Made by a program: the position numbers and the translations under genes
From: Octopus sinensis
Taxonomy: Eukaryota
DNA: 64,000 nucleotides
Assembly (NCBI RefSeq): GCF_006345805.1
Contig: NC_043014.1
Span: forward strand, 23,746,001-23,810,000
Direction: 5' to 3'
The notes under the pieces: model-generated
The model's database searches: none
Told to the model about the DNA's origin: nothing
What the model saw: only the letters and a program-made list of their open reading frames with translations
In this document: one piece after another, positions 23,489 through 35,540 of the stretch
How the letters are laid out: each line of letters starts with the position of its first letter
How positions within the stretch are numbered: position 1 is the stretch's first letter

Positions 23489-24075
23489 GTAAAAAGTGAA
23501 AAAACTACATAAGGCTTGTTTTATAAGGTTAAAGAATATATTTGAGTCATTATGTTGGAAGAATGTTATAAAATTCTTTCATACAGTAACATAGTTTTTG
23601 AAGAAATTACCGGTTTCGTGTTAACTTTTCAAATTTCTCAAGTGTTTTTACCTACATGGCGTTATGTCTTCGTTATGAAGTGCAAAGGGAAGTTCCAGGT
23701 AGGGGGAGGTAATGAGCGATTTCTTCCGGTATAAGGGAGATAATCGCTTTATATTTCTTTTCCCTTTATCTAATGGGGTGAGTTTCTCTGTATAAGAATG
23801 TTAGAGTGGTTAAGTTTGGGTTTATATTTTTCAATGAAGAATGTTTCCTTGTTTAATCTAATTTGTGTTGGTGTTCCAATAGCACATTGATAGAATGGAA
23901 AGATTAAAAATTATGGTAGTAGTTGCTTTGCGCATTTCTCAAACTGGTAATTTCTTCATAAACTATGTTACTGTATGAAAGAATTTTATAACATTCTTCC
24001 AACATAATGACTCAAATATATTCTTTAACCTTATAAAACAAGCCTTATGTAGTTCTTTCACTTTTTACTATTTTC
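23481..24075 (-). mobile_element. Penelope-like 3' fragment (endonuclease C-terminus and pLTR) with an inverted pLTR copy
   Basis: Arms 23481-23616 and 23941-24075 are near-perfect inverted repeats. The inner minus strand reads EKCAKQLLP*FLIFPFYQC...QIRLNKETFFIEKYKPKLN, similar to a PLE endonuclease C-terminus. Confidence 0.6.
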
Positions 24076-24137
24076 TATATATCCAACCACGTGCTTTCAC
24101 ACACCAACTTTCTCACCTATATATATATATATATATA

Positions 24138-27100
24138 TCATCATCATCATCATCGTTTAACGTCCGCTTTCCATGCTAGCATGGGTTGGACGGTTCAACT
24201 GGGGTCTGGGGAGCCCAAAGGCTGCACCAGGCCAGTCAGATCTGGCAGTGTTTCTACAGCTGGATGCCCTTCCTAACGCCAACAACTCCGAGAGTGTAGT
24301 GGATGATTGTATGTGCCACCAACACAGGTGCCAGACGAGGCTGGCGAACAGCCACGCTCGGATGGTGTTTTTTATGTGCCACCGACACAGATACCAGACG
24401 AGGCTGGCGAACGGCCACGCTTGGATGGTGTTTTTTGTGCCACCGACACAGGTGCCAGACGACGCTGGCGAACGGCCACGATCGGATGCTGTTTGCTACA
24501 TGCCCACAGCACGGAGGCGAGTCGATGCGGTACTGGCTGCGGCCACGTTCGGATGGTTTTCTTATGTGCCACCGGCACTGGTACCACAAGGATACAAATT
24601 CCATTGATGTTCATCTATTTTGATTTGGTTTGATTTTCACTTGCCTCAACAGGTCTTCACAAGTTTCCCAAGTAGGAAGGTATGCACAGGTGGACTGACT
24701 ACGTCCCAGGTAGGGGCCACGGGTTATGGCCTCACTAGTCTTGCCGGGTCTTCTCACGCACAGCATACTTCCATAGGTCTCAGTCTCTAGTCATTTCCTT
24801 GGTGAGACCTAAAGTTCGAAAGTCGTGCTTCACCACCTCGTCCCAGGTTTTCCTGGGTCTACCTCTTCCGCAGGTTCCCTCAACTTCTAGGGTGTAGCAC
24901 TTTTGCACACAACTATCTTCATCCATTCTCGTCACATGACCATACCAGTGCAGACATCTCTCTTGCACCACAACTGATGCTTCTTAGGTTCAACTTTTCT
25001 CTCAAAGTACTTACACTCTGTCAAGTATGAACACTGACATTACACATCCATCGAAGCATACTGGCTTCATTTCTTGCGAGCTTACGCATATCCTCAGCAG
25101 TCGTGGCCCATGTTTCACTACCATGTAGCATGGCTGTACGTACACATGTATCATACAGTCTGCCTTTTACTCTGAGCGAGAGGCCTTTTGTCACCAGCAG
25201 GGGTAAGAGCTCTCTAAACTTTGCCCAGGCTATTCTTACTCTAGCAGTTACACTTTCAGCACACCCACCCCCGCTACTGACTTCGTCACCTAGATAGCGG
25301 AAGCTATCAACTACTTCTAGTTTGTCTCCCTGGAACGTGGTAGAAGTTGGTCTCTGCACATTTCCAGTGTTTATTGCTCCTGAGCATCAGCCACAGACAA
25401 AAACTATTTTCCTAGTTAGCCTTCCTTTGACATTGCTGCACCTCTTATATGTCCATAGCTTACACTTGGTGCACCTTATAGAGTTTCTACCTACACCTTT
25501 TTTACAGATCGAGCAGGGCCATCTACCTGAAGTCGTTTGTGATTGGTCCACCTTCATACTTATTAGGACTTTGGTTTTGGCTAGGTTGATTCTAAGGCCC
25601 TTCAATTCTAATCCTTGTTTCCACACCTGAAACTTCTCCTCCAGTTCTGATAGTTACTCAGCAATTAGAGCAAGGTCATCAGCATAGAGGAGCTCCCAGG
25701 GGCATCCTGTCTCGAATTCCTCCGTTATTGCCTGGAGGACTATGATAAATAAGAGGGGACTGAGGACTGAACCTTGGTGGACCCCAACCTCTACCCGGAA
25801 TTCTTCACTGTACTCGTTGCTAATCCTCACCTTACTAGCAGCGTCTCTGTACATGGCTCGCACAGCTCTCACTAACCATTCATCTATCCCTAGTTTCCTC
25901 ATTGACCACCAGATAAGGGATCGGGGGACCCTGTCAAAGGCTTTCTCCATGTCAACAAAAGCCAGGTACAGGGGCTTATCTTTGGCTAGGTATTTCTCCT
26001 GCAGCTGTCTTACCAGGAATATAGCATCAGTAGTACTTTTCCCTGGCACGAACCCAAACTGCATCTCATCTAAGCTAACTCTCCCTCTAATTAATTGAGC
26101 TATAACCCTCTCCGTAACCTTCATTACCTGATCCAGCAGCTTGATACCCCTGTAGTTATTTGTATCTAGGGCGTCACCTTTACCTTTGTAGCAGTTGACT
26201 ATTATGCTGCTACACCAGTCATTGGGTATGACTCCTTCGTGTATCACCTGGTTAACTATACGGGTGACTAGGCTATAGCCGACACTACCAGATATCTCTG
26301 CAGTAATTCCTGATGGGCCTGGGGCTTTCCCTGCTTGTAATTGCCTTAACTACTAAGGAACTGTCGACTCGGATTGCTGGTCCCTCTGTTGGGTCAACAT
26401 TCGGCAGACTCTCTTTATCCCATTCATTTTCCTCATTCAGCAACCTTTCATAGTGGCATCTCCAAGCCTCTCTCCTTGCATCCTCATTTAGCGCAAGTGA
26501 GCCGTCATCCTTGCGAACACATTTCTCTCCTACCATGTCACGATTCTCTCTCACACACTGTCTTGCAACACGAAATACCTCAAGTCTTTCATCCTCACGG
26601 CGCAGGACATTGGCAAATTTTTTCTTATCTGCTTCCCCTCTGGCTAGATAGACCTGTCTCCTAGCTTCCCTTCTGGCAGTCTGATACACTTCCCTGCTAC
26701 CACCGTTCTTCCAGTCCTTCCAAGCCTATTTCTTTTGTCTGATAGCCCAGTCAACAATATTGTTCCACCACCACGTTATTTTGGGTCTTAAGGGGACTTT
26801 GCACCAGCCACAGATCTAGTCAGTGGCTTTCAGCAGGTTGTCCCTCAGAAGCGTCCAGTTGTCTTCTACCCCATGTGTAGCTATACCCCCTTCCATTTTG
26901 TCAAAGGCTTCAAGTAACATGTCTCTAAATCTCTGTCCATTCGCAGGGTCTTTAAGCTTCCAGACCCTTCTCTTCCATGTTGGTTGTCTTCTAGTCGCCC
27001 TCTTCGTCCTGATCCTAAAGTCACTAACTACCAGTCTATGTTGTGGGGGTGCATTCTTCGCCTGGGAAGGTTTTGACATTTATAAGCAGCCATCTTTCCC

Positions 27101-27257
27101 TTTTTCTGGCAAGGATGTAGTCGATTTGGCTAGTATGCCGGCCCGATCGGTAGGTGACCAAGTGGCTTGTCGGTTTCCTGAAGTTAGTGTTGCAAACCAT
27201 AAGACTATTCGCATCGCAGAACTTGCAAACCATAAGACTATTCGCATCGCAGAACTT
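24138..27257 (-). mobile_element. RTE-clade LINE, 5'-truncated, frameshifted (endonuclease C-terminus, RT, repetitive 3' UTR, (GAT)n tail)
   Basis: [75 protein letters not shown]. Confidence 0.95.
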
Positions 27258-27364
27258 ATATATATATATATGTATGTATATATATATATATATATACATA
27301 CATACATATATATATACAAATATACATATATATATACATACATATACATATATACATATACACC

Positions 27365-27550
27365 TTTTTTTTTCTAGTTTAAGCTCAGAGCTGTGGCCAT
27401 GTTGATGCACCGCCGTTTTGTGCTATACTGTTATTACCAAGAGCCTCCTCTAATATGTGGCACTTGGTGTATATGTATATATGTATATGTATGTATATAT
27501 ATATGTATATTTGTATATATATATGTATGTATGTATATATATATATATAT

Positions 27551-27581
<31 letters not shown>

Positions 27582-28600
27582 AGTTCTGCGATGCGAATAG
27601 TCTTATGGTTTGCAAGTTCTGCGATGCGAATAGTCTTATGGTTTGCAACACTAACTTCAGGAAACCGACAGGGGGTATAGCTACACATGGGGTAGAAGAC
27701 AACTGGACGCTTCTGAGGGACAACCTGCTGAAAGTGTCATCCCGTTCTGGCATTGGTGTAGCTTTCAATGCTAAAATCTGGCACAATTCCTTCCAGGATC
27801 TTCCAGAAATATATTACTGCATACCTCTCCTGTCTTCTCTCCAGGGAGTAGAGTCTTAGCTATTTCAACCTTTCCCAGTAGCTGAGCTGTTGCAAAGAGA
27901 CAATCTTCTTTGTGAATCTTCTCTGGATTGCTTTAAGGTCCGCTGTTAATTTCACACTGGTGGGTGACCATAGCTGTGAGCAATAATCCAGCCAGCTGAG
28001 GACAAATGTCTGCCAGAGGACCATCATGGTTTCCTTATCTCTGGTTCTGAATGTTCTTAAGATCCAGCCAGCCAGTAGTCTGCACTTTGTCGCCATCCAG
28101 GTAATGTGCACTTGGAAAGAGGTATCATCACTCATGTCGATACCCAGGTCCCTCACTGACTTAGGCTCTGGGATTGAAATTCCCTGTGGACCGGTGTACC
28201 CTGTAAGTTTAATATTCAGTTTTGGATGCTGGGAGCACAGGGCCTGGAATTTTTCAGCATTAAACTGCATATTATTATCTTCAGCCAATCTGTAGATTGA
28301 GTCCAACTCTTGCTGCAGGTGTGATACATCGCTGGGGTTCTGTATTTTCTGTGAGACTTTCGTATCATCTGCATAGCTTGCCAAAGTGGCTATCCGGGCA
28401 TATCTGAGAGGGCCACTATAAAAAGCAGTGGTCCCAAGACAGTGCCCTGTGGAACACCACTCTCCAAGTTTTCCAGCTATGCCAAGGCCACGCAGTTTGT
28501 GGCATATCATACCATGATCCACCTTGTCAAAAGCTTTTGCAAAATCAAGGTATATTACGTCCACATTTGATTTGTTGAGTAACTGCCTCAACACCCAGTC
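27365..28600 (-). mobile_element. CR1-like LINE family B (RT C-terminal half and 3' end), interrupted by a templated inverted insertion at 27466-27734
   Basis: YLDFAKAFDKVDH, SYADDTKV, VRDLGI; paralogous to 49800-51762. 27365-27465 matches that paralog's 3' terminus. Confidence 0.9.
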
Positions 28601-31600
28601 ATAATAATAATAATAAAAAACATTGTGTACAGTGCTCAGGTGCACTACAACTCATCTAAAGTGTATGTATAATCAGGTGTAGTTTCGGCGGATTTCGGAA
28701 AGCATGAGGGCCTTAAAGGATGAAGTGTCATGGCAGTCAACAACTGATGCAGGCAGTTTGTTCTATGTTTCAGCAACTCTGAGCGTGAAAAAATGTTTCC
28801 GAAAGTCATAGGAGCTGTGTTGTTTTCTGACTTTGTAGGCATGTCCACGTGTGTTAGATACATGAAGATCAAAAAGGTGTTCAGTGTTGTTGTTGGTGAG
28901 GTGGTTGATAACTTTGTCGGTGTTTACCAAGTCCATCGCCAGACGCTGGAGCTTCAGTGAATCCATGCCCAGGGAAACAAGGCACTCAGTGTATGGTAGG
29001 TGTCTGATGGAGGGTATGCGTTTGGTTGCACGTCTCTGAACAGATTCCAGGAGGTCAATGTTCTGAGCAAGATAGGGGTTCCAAACTGATGATGCGAATT
29101 CCAAGTGTGGTCGTACCATAGCTGTATACAGTTTTAAATAGATGGCTGGAGAGCGGCTAACAAAAGTCTTGCTGAGTGATGCTAAGACACCCTCGGCCTT
29201 CTTGACAATTTTAGAGATATACTTTGTCCAACGCAAATCACTGCTGACAGTGATGCCTAGGTCACGCTCGCAAGAGGATTTCTTGATATCAGTGTTGTGG
29301 AGGGAGTATGTGGACGCAGGGTTTTTTCTCCCAAAATGCATGGTGGTACACTTGTCCACAGCCAGTTTCAGTTGCCAGTCTGTGATCCATTGCTGCATTG
29401 TGTCCAGGTCTGATTGCAGGAAAGAGCTGTAGACAACAGGATCTGTCCTCTTGATTTCAAGGTACAGCTTGATGTCGTCTGCATATTTCAATACTGTGGC
29501 ATTCTTTAAATTGGCATCTATGTCATTAATGTATGCCACAAACAAGAGGGGACCAAGGACAGATCCCTGTGGTACACCCGATGACATCTCATATGGTGTA
29601 GAATGCTGTCCTAGAACTGTGACTACCTCCTTTCGGCTGAGAATGAAGGATTTCAACTAGTTAAAAAGATCATCCCTCACACCCATTGCAGAGAGTTTCA
29701 CCATAAGCCTTTTGTGTGGCACAGAGTTGAAAGCCTTAGCAAAGTCAAGGTAGACAACATCCACCCATGAGCCACTGTCAGTGATCTGAGTAATGTCCTC
29801 AAGGAACTCGACAAGCTGATCACTGCAGCTAGAGTTAGGGACAAATCCATATTGTGAGGGTCGGATGAGACTGAGAGCTTCAGAAGTTCCAAAGTGTTTC
29901 TCTGACACATGATTCCATTAGTTTTGCAATACAGCTAGTGAGACTGACTGGGCGATAATTGACAGGTGATGTGCGGTCGCCCTTTTTGAACAGAGGAATG
30001 ACACTGGCAGTTTTCCACTGCTCCGGTGTAGCACCATTGTTGAGACAGTACTGGAAAAAAATAGAAAGCTGGTGTAAAAGGAAGTACCTGCCACGTTTGA
30101 GAAGCAGGTATGTAACTCCATCAGGACCAGGGGAGGCATAGTTGCGCTTATTTTGAAGGTGACGTTGCAGCATTGCAGGTGTAAATTCCATAGTTGTTAT
30201 GGAATTTGCTGTTAGAGATGGTGAAGATGGTACATTTTGACTTTCAACAGTGAATATGTTTGCATAGCACTCGGCAATGAGTTCTGCGCATTCCTTGGGA
30301 TCGTCAGTGATCTGGTTTGTGTGAGGGTTGCGAAGAGGGCCCACTGGAGAGTGAGGTCTCTGCTTCGAATGCACATATTTCCAGAAAACCTTGCTGTCAG
30401 GATTGGCTGCTATGCACTGTTCAAATTCAAGCACTGCTTTTTTTGTCACTTGCTTGAGATGGTTGGAAGATATATTCCGCTTTTTCCTGTTGGTGTTTGA
30501 TTTATGCAACTTGTATTCCCGTTCAGCAGTCCGACGTTCCTTCCTGGCAAGTCGGACCGCTGAAGTTTCCCAAATTGCACTTTTGGGGCGGTTCTTATTT
30601 TCCTGTTTACATGGCACTGATGCTGCACATGCTGCCCATATTGAGTCCAGGATACTCTGGAGTATAGTATTCACATCTCCAGAGTTGTAGAATTCATGCC
30701 AGTTTGGGTGCTGTAATTCAGTGTGGTACAGGTTCCAATCTGCTCTCTTCCAATCGAAGGAAGCAGATTGGAGATGGTTCAGGTTTTTGTTGTTGCCCGC
30801 AAGAGCCAGATTGGCGATGATCATAGCATGATCAGAGTCGCCTAGAGGTTCCTCCGTAGTACAATTGATAACCGCTTCAGGAGTTGTGGTGAAGAGCAGG
30901 TCCAAGGTGTTGTCGCCTCTTGTTGGAGAGGTGACTACTTGTGACCAGTTTGAGTCCAGCATAAGCTCAACGAAATCGTTTGCACTCTGTGGCCAATGGA
31001 AGGTTTCCCAATTGATCTCAGGATGATTGAAATCGCCTGCAATAAAAACATAAGTGGCTGTTTTCCTGGCAGCAGCTCGGAGGATATCGCAAAGCTGTGT
31101 GTCTTGATGGTAATTTGGGGGGCGATAAACAACGCCAAGCAGGAGTGTTGACTTCTTGTGATTCGTTCAAATCGGCACAAGGAATTACCGACAAATTTGA
31201 ACAAACGTAGACCATCACACCACCACCACGGCGGTTAATGCGGTCCTTGCGAAAGAGGTTGTACCCAGTAATGTTGAAAACCCCATCATAGAGTAAGGAA
31301 CATGCCCATGTTTCCGTGACAGTGATGAAGTCAGGGTCAATACTTCTGACGTAGGAGTTGAACAAATGTATTTTGTTGCATAAACTGCGAGCATTTAAGG
31401 ACAACAATTTGTACCCTGCTTGCAGTTTATGATGGTGTGTAGAGGATGGCAGGTTGTTCTGGTTTAGTTTCCCTGAGTTGCTGTAATTTTTTTTCCAGTT
31501 TCAGTTATTGTGGGTAGAGAGCACTCAGATCAGCTGGTATCTCTCTTCCACGTTTCACCAGTCTTAACAAATCTCCAGATTTGTCCATCCTCACGAAGAC

Positions 31601-32156
31601 TGAAACTTTCTTGTAGAGCTGAGTTCCGGTTCAGGGAAGCCGCTACACGTAGCTTCGGACGTACATCAGATGGCAAGCCTGGGCGTGTTTGGAAGGTAGT
31701 CCGATTTTCACGCCCAGCTTTAACTGAGGCCAGATGGTATGAGGTTGCCTCAGCGTGGTCTAAAAAAGACAGCTTGATGAGCCTGGGTTTTGGGCCAGGT
31801 CGTCCAAGGCGGAGAGCACCCGTTGGGGGAACACAGCCTAGGTCTTTGGCTGAGTTGGCAGCAAATGCCTGAAGATCAGCCATGTCTTCTGGCACCCCAA
31901 TGGTAATAACTTCATGGGTAGCAAATTCCGCGGTCTTAGATGCGGCAAGAGGTACAGGGAGGTTCTTTAGCAGAGCATTTCGATAAGACCCCTCATTGTG
32001 GAGTCCAACTTGAATGCTTGCTTTTATTCCTGCTACTTCCCCTCTTAAAGCACAGATCGATTGTTGCAGTTCTGCAAGAACCGCACTGGTCAATTGGTGG
32101 TGTTGGTGTTGTTGTTGTTGTTGTTGTTGCTGCTGCTGCTCTAGTTGTGGTTGATT

Positions 32157-32191
<35 letters not shown>

Positions 32192-32600
32192 CTAGTTGTG
32201 GTTGATTTTGTTGTTGCTGCTCCGCCTCCTCCACGGGAGTAGGAGGCAGAGACACAATCGTCGGTAGTGGAGGCACATAGGCCTGACACTGAAAAGTCCA
32301 AGATTTAAGCTGAACCATCTTCCAGAGTCCATCCATCATAGCATTATGATGGCTCTTTTTTTGGCCTGGGATCTTCTGAAAGTCCGTGGCACATTGGAGG
32401 CAGACAGAGATGAGACATGTCCCACATTCGACCCAGCGATTACGGAACGTATTTTCGGGTTCCGTACAGATGTGATTTTCTGGGCAGTGTTCTATTTTGG
32501 AGCAGCGACCAGTCTTATCGCACTCCACTATGGATTCCACCATGGCGATTTTCTTGCTTCTGGTCATCCGTAGAGACAGAAAATGTAAACAACAATACGA
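28601..32600 (-). mobile_element. Near-full-length CR1-like LINE family C (ORF1 and ORF2, few frameshifts, (TTA)n tail)
   Basis: Intact 345-aa ORF1. ORF2 motifs: LSLNARSL, VTETW, RRGGGV, LDLLF, SDHAMI, PGPDG, NYRPVSLTS, QYGF, LDFAKAF, GVPQGSVLGP, YADD. Confidence 0.95.
31530..32567 (-). CDS. LINE ORF1 protein: Cys-rich PHD-like finger, polyQ, coiled coil, RRM-like C-terminus
   Basis: Open 345 codons; CGTC...CLQC...FQC, Q-rich tract, LRLGRPGPKPRLIKLSF. Confidence 0.8.
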
Positions 32601-32955
32601 TAAAAGTAAAATATTTGTTTTTGATTCGTTCTTTTTTTGTGTATATTCCTTTTGTTCTTAAATATTGTGTGTGTATATACACATGTTTCGTTCTTTTTTG
32701 TGTATATTCCTTTTTTTCTTAAATATTGCGTGTGTATACATAAAAGGATTTGCGCGTATGTTTAGTGTAGACACGGAGAGAGTTTGTAAACAGAAATGAA
32801 ATGAAATGAAATCTGTGATTTTTTATTTTTTGCAGTGTAGTCCGTCACATTAAATAGTATGATTTATTTTCACTCTGCACGTATATATATATATGTGTGT
32901 GCTACAAGTATCTATGTATGTATGTTGCTGCTTTATAAATTTTGGATGTACTTAC

Positions 32956-33100
32956 TGTCGTTCAACGTTTTCTTTTACCCTCAACTACACGTGGTGAATT
33001 CTTCTATTGTAGATCTGTGGTGGTTATCGTCGTAATATTTTCTTTTTAGTTTCTTTGCCAAATTGATTATACCCTAATCAAACCATATGTTTGTCTACTT
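32956..33100 (-). other. Candidate non-coding first exon of the RalBP1-like gene
   Basis: Consensus donor CA|GTAAGTAC on the minus strand at 32955-32950, in a CpG-retaining stretch with no recognisable TE. The 5' boundary is unknown. Confidence 0.3.
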
Positions 33101-33399
33101 GTGAATGTGTCTTTGTTTTAATAACATTGTATTTGCCTCCTTTTCCTTTTTCATTCCCATATATGGAAATTCGGTAGACAGCTACTCTAAAACTTTTGCA
33201 CTAAACCACTTCTAAATGCGAGTCTTTTACACAAATAGAGTTGCATATCTTGTAGGGTATAATGAAACAGCTGGAGTAAATTAGAAGCAGATAATCTTAG
33301 ATCAAGGTGTCCAGTATTTTATCAACAAATCTATTGAATGATCTTTTTGTTGTATACGAGAGAAACATTAGGTGTACATATATGTGTGAAGTGTAGTGG

Positions 33400-33775
33400 G
33401 TATGTATGTTCGAATCTTGCACAGTTTTTGTTTTGGCCTTGTGCTCTGCGACATATTTCTGGCATATGGCTTGCACAGAAGACATGAAACATTCTAGATT
33501 CATGTCAATGTCTGGTGTGTAGAGACATTTTGGCCAGTCCTCTCTGAGGATCTCTTTTTGGATCGATTTCCAATCTGCTATTATGTTGTGATCCGAGACT
33601 AATGTCGGTGTCACTTTCACATCACGAATGATGTACATATTATTCGTGAAGCAGAGATCTAGTTGGTCTAAGTACAGCTTGCTCCATGAATAGGGTATTA
33701 GTGAGGTTGAGCAGGGATTCCACCGGTGCTTGCTTGCAATGAGTCATTCCTGAGAGTATGAGACCTTCAGGCCAT
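33400..33775 (-). mobile_element. CR1-like endonuclease C-terminal fragment with internal deletions
   Basis: [28 protein letters not shown]. Confidence 0.7.
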
Positions 33776-33776
33776 T

Positions 33777-33818
<42 letters not shown>

Positions 33819-34219
33819 CATATATATATATACATACATACATATATATACATACATACATATATATATATACATACATATATACATACATACATATATA
33901 TACATACATACATATATATACATACATATACATATATATACACACATATACATATATATACACACATATACATATATATATACACACATATACATATATA
34001 TACATACATATACACACATATACATATATATACATACATATACATATATATACATACATATACATATATATACATACATATACATATATATATACATACA
34101 TATACATATATACATACATATACATATACATACATATATATATACATATATATATATACATACATATATATATACATACATATATATATATACATACATA
34201 TATATATATATACATATAT

Positions 34220-34566
34220 GTGAAGGTGCATGGCTCAGTGGTTAGAGCGTCGAGCTTACGATCGTGAGGTTGTGAGCTCGAATCCCGGACCGGGCTGCGT
34301 GTTGTGTTCTTGAGCAAGACACTTTATTTCACGTTGCTCCAGTTCACTCAGCTGTAGAAATGAGTTGGGACGTCACAGGTGCCAAGCTGTATCGACCTTT
34401 GTCTTTCCCTTGGATAACACTGGTGGCGTGGAGAGGGAGGCTGGTATGCATGGGCAACTGCTGGCCTTCCATAAACAACCTTGCCCGGACTTGTGTCTAG
34501 GAAGGTAACTTTCTAGGTGCAATCCCATGGTCATTCATGACCGAAGGGGGTCTTTACCCTTTTTTT
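34220..34566 (+). mobile_element. tRNA-derived SINE
   Basis: Box A TGGCTCAGTGG (34231), box B-like GCTCGAATCCC (34276); the central GTGTTCTTGAGCAAGACACTTTATTTCACGTTGCTCCAG is shared with the SINE at 50601-50927. Confidence 0.85.
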
Positions 34567-34586
34567 ATATATACATATATATATAT

Positions 34587-34624
<38 letters not shown>

Positions 34625-34742
34625 CATATATATATATTACATACATATATTATATATATCATAATACATAATACATACATACACATATATACATATATAT
34701 ATACATACATACACATATATACATATATATATACATACATAC

Positions 34743-34773
<31 letters not shown>

Positions 34774-34866
34774 TGCATACACATATATATATATACATAC
34801 ATACATGCATACACATATATATACATACATACACATATATACATATATATATATATACATACATAC

Positions 34867-34897
<31 letters not shown>

Positions 34898-34972
34898 TAC
34901 ATACATACACATATATACATATATACATACATACACATATATACATATACATACACATATATATATACATAT

Positions 34973-35003
<31 letters not shown>

Positions 35004-35059
35004 CATACATACATACATACACATATATACATATATATATATACATACACATATATATA

Positions 35060-35540
35060 CTAGCATTAAAGACCCGTCGTTGCCGGGTCATAGTGCTAGT
35101 GCATGTATATATGTGTATATATATGTGTAGATATTACATGTACATCTATATATATACATCTACACATAAAATACAAAGTTATATCTCGATATCGCTAGTG
35201 ATAACAATACTCAAAATATATAACAAACTGGAATTGTTAGCCCGTCTCTTGTAATTTCGATCAATTGTATCTTGTCCTCCTTCTTGTATAGAAGTGTGGC
35301 TACAATCCAGCCTACCTCTACTTCGGGGGGGGGGGCATTTAAAATTTTTTTCCTGGACGTCCTACATCCCAGATATAACGATAAAAATAAAATATTTCCA
35401 CTTTGCAAGTTCGAGTCGAGTACTCTCTTGCACGCTCCGTTGACTCGAACCTTGCTTCTATTGTGGCGAATTTACCGCCTCTGATTAGATATCTTTCATA
35501 GTCCCACCAAGACACTTTTCGAAGGTGCTTTCCTCCATGT
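35060..35540 (-). mobile_element. Non-autonomous Helitron-like element
   Basis: CTAG terminus at 35060 with adjacent hairpin gacccg-tcgttgc-cgggtc; the far end is uncertain. Confidence 0.5.

Noticed and set aside
34220-34295. tRNA gene (also the heads at ~43900-43982 and ~50855-50927)
   Set aside because: A and B boxes are present but continue into SINE bodies, with no complete acceptor stem or terminator.
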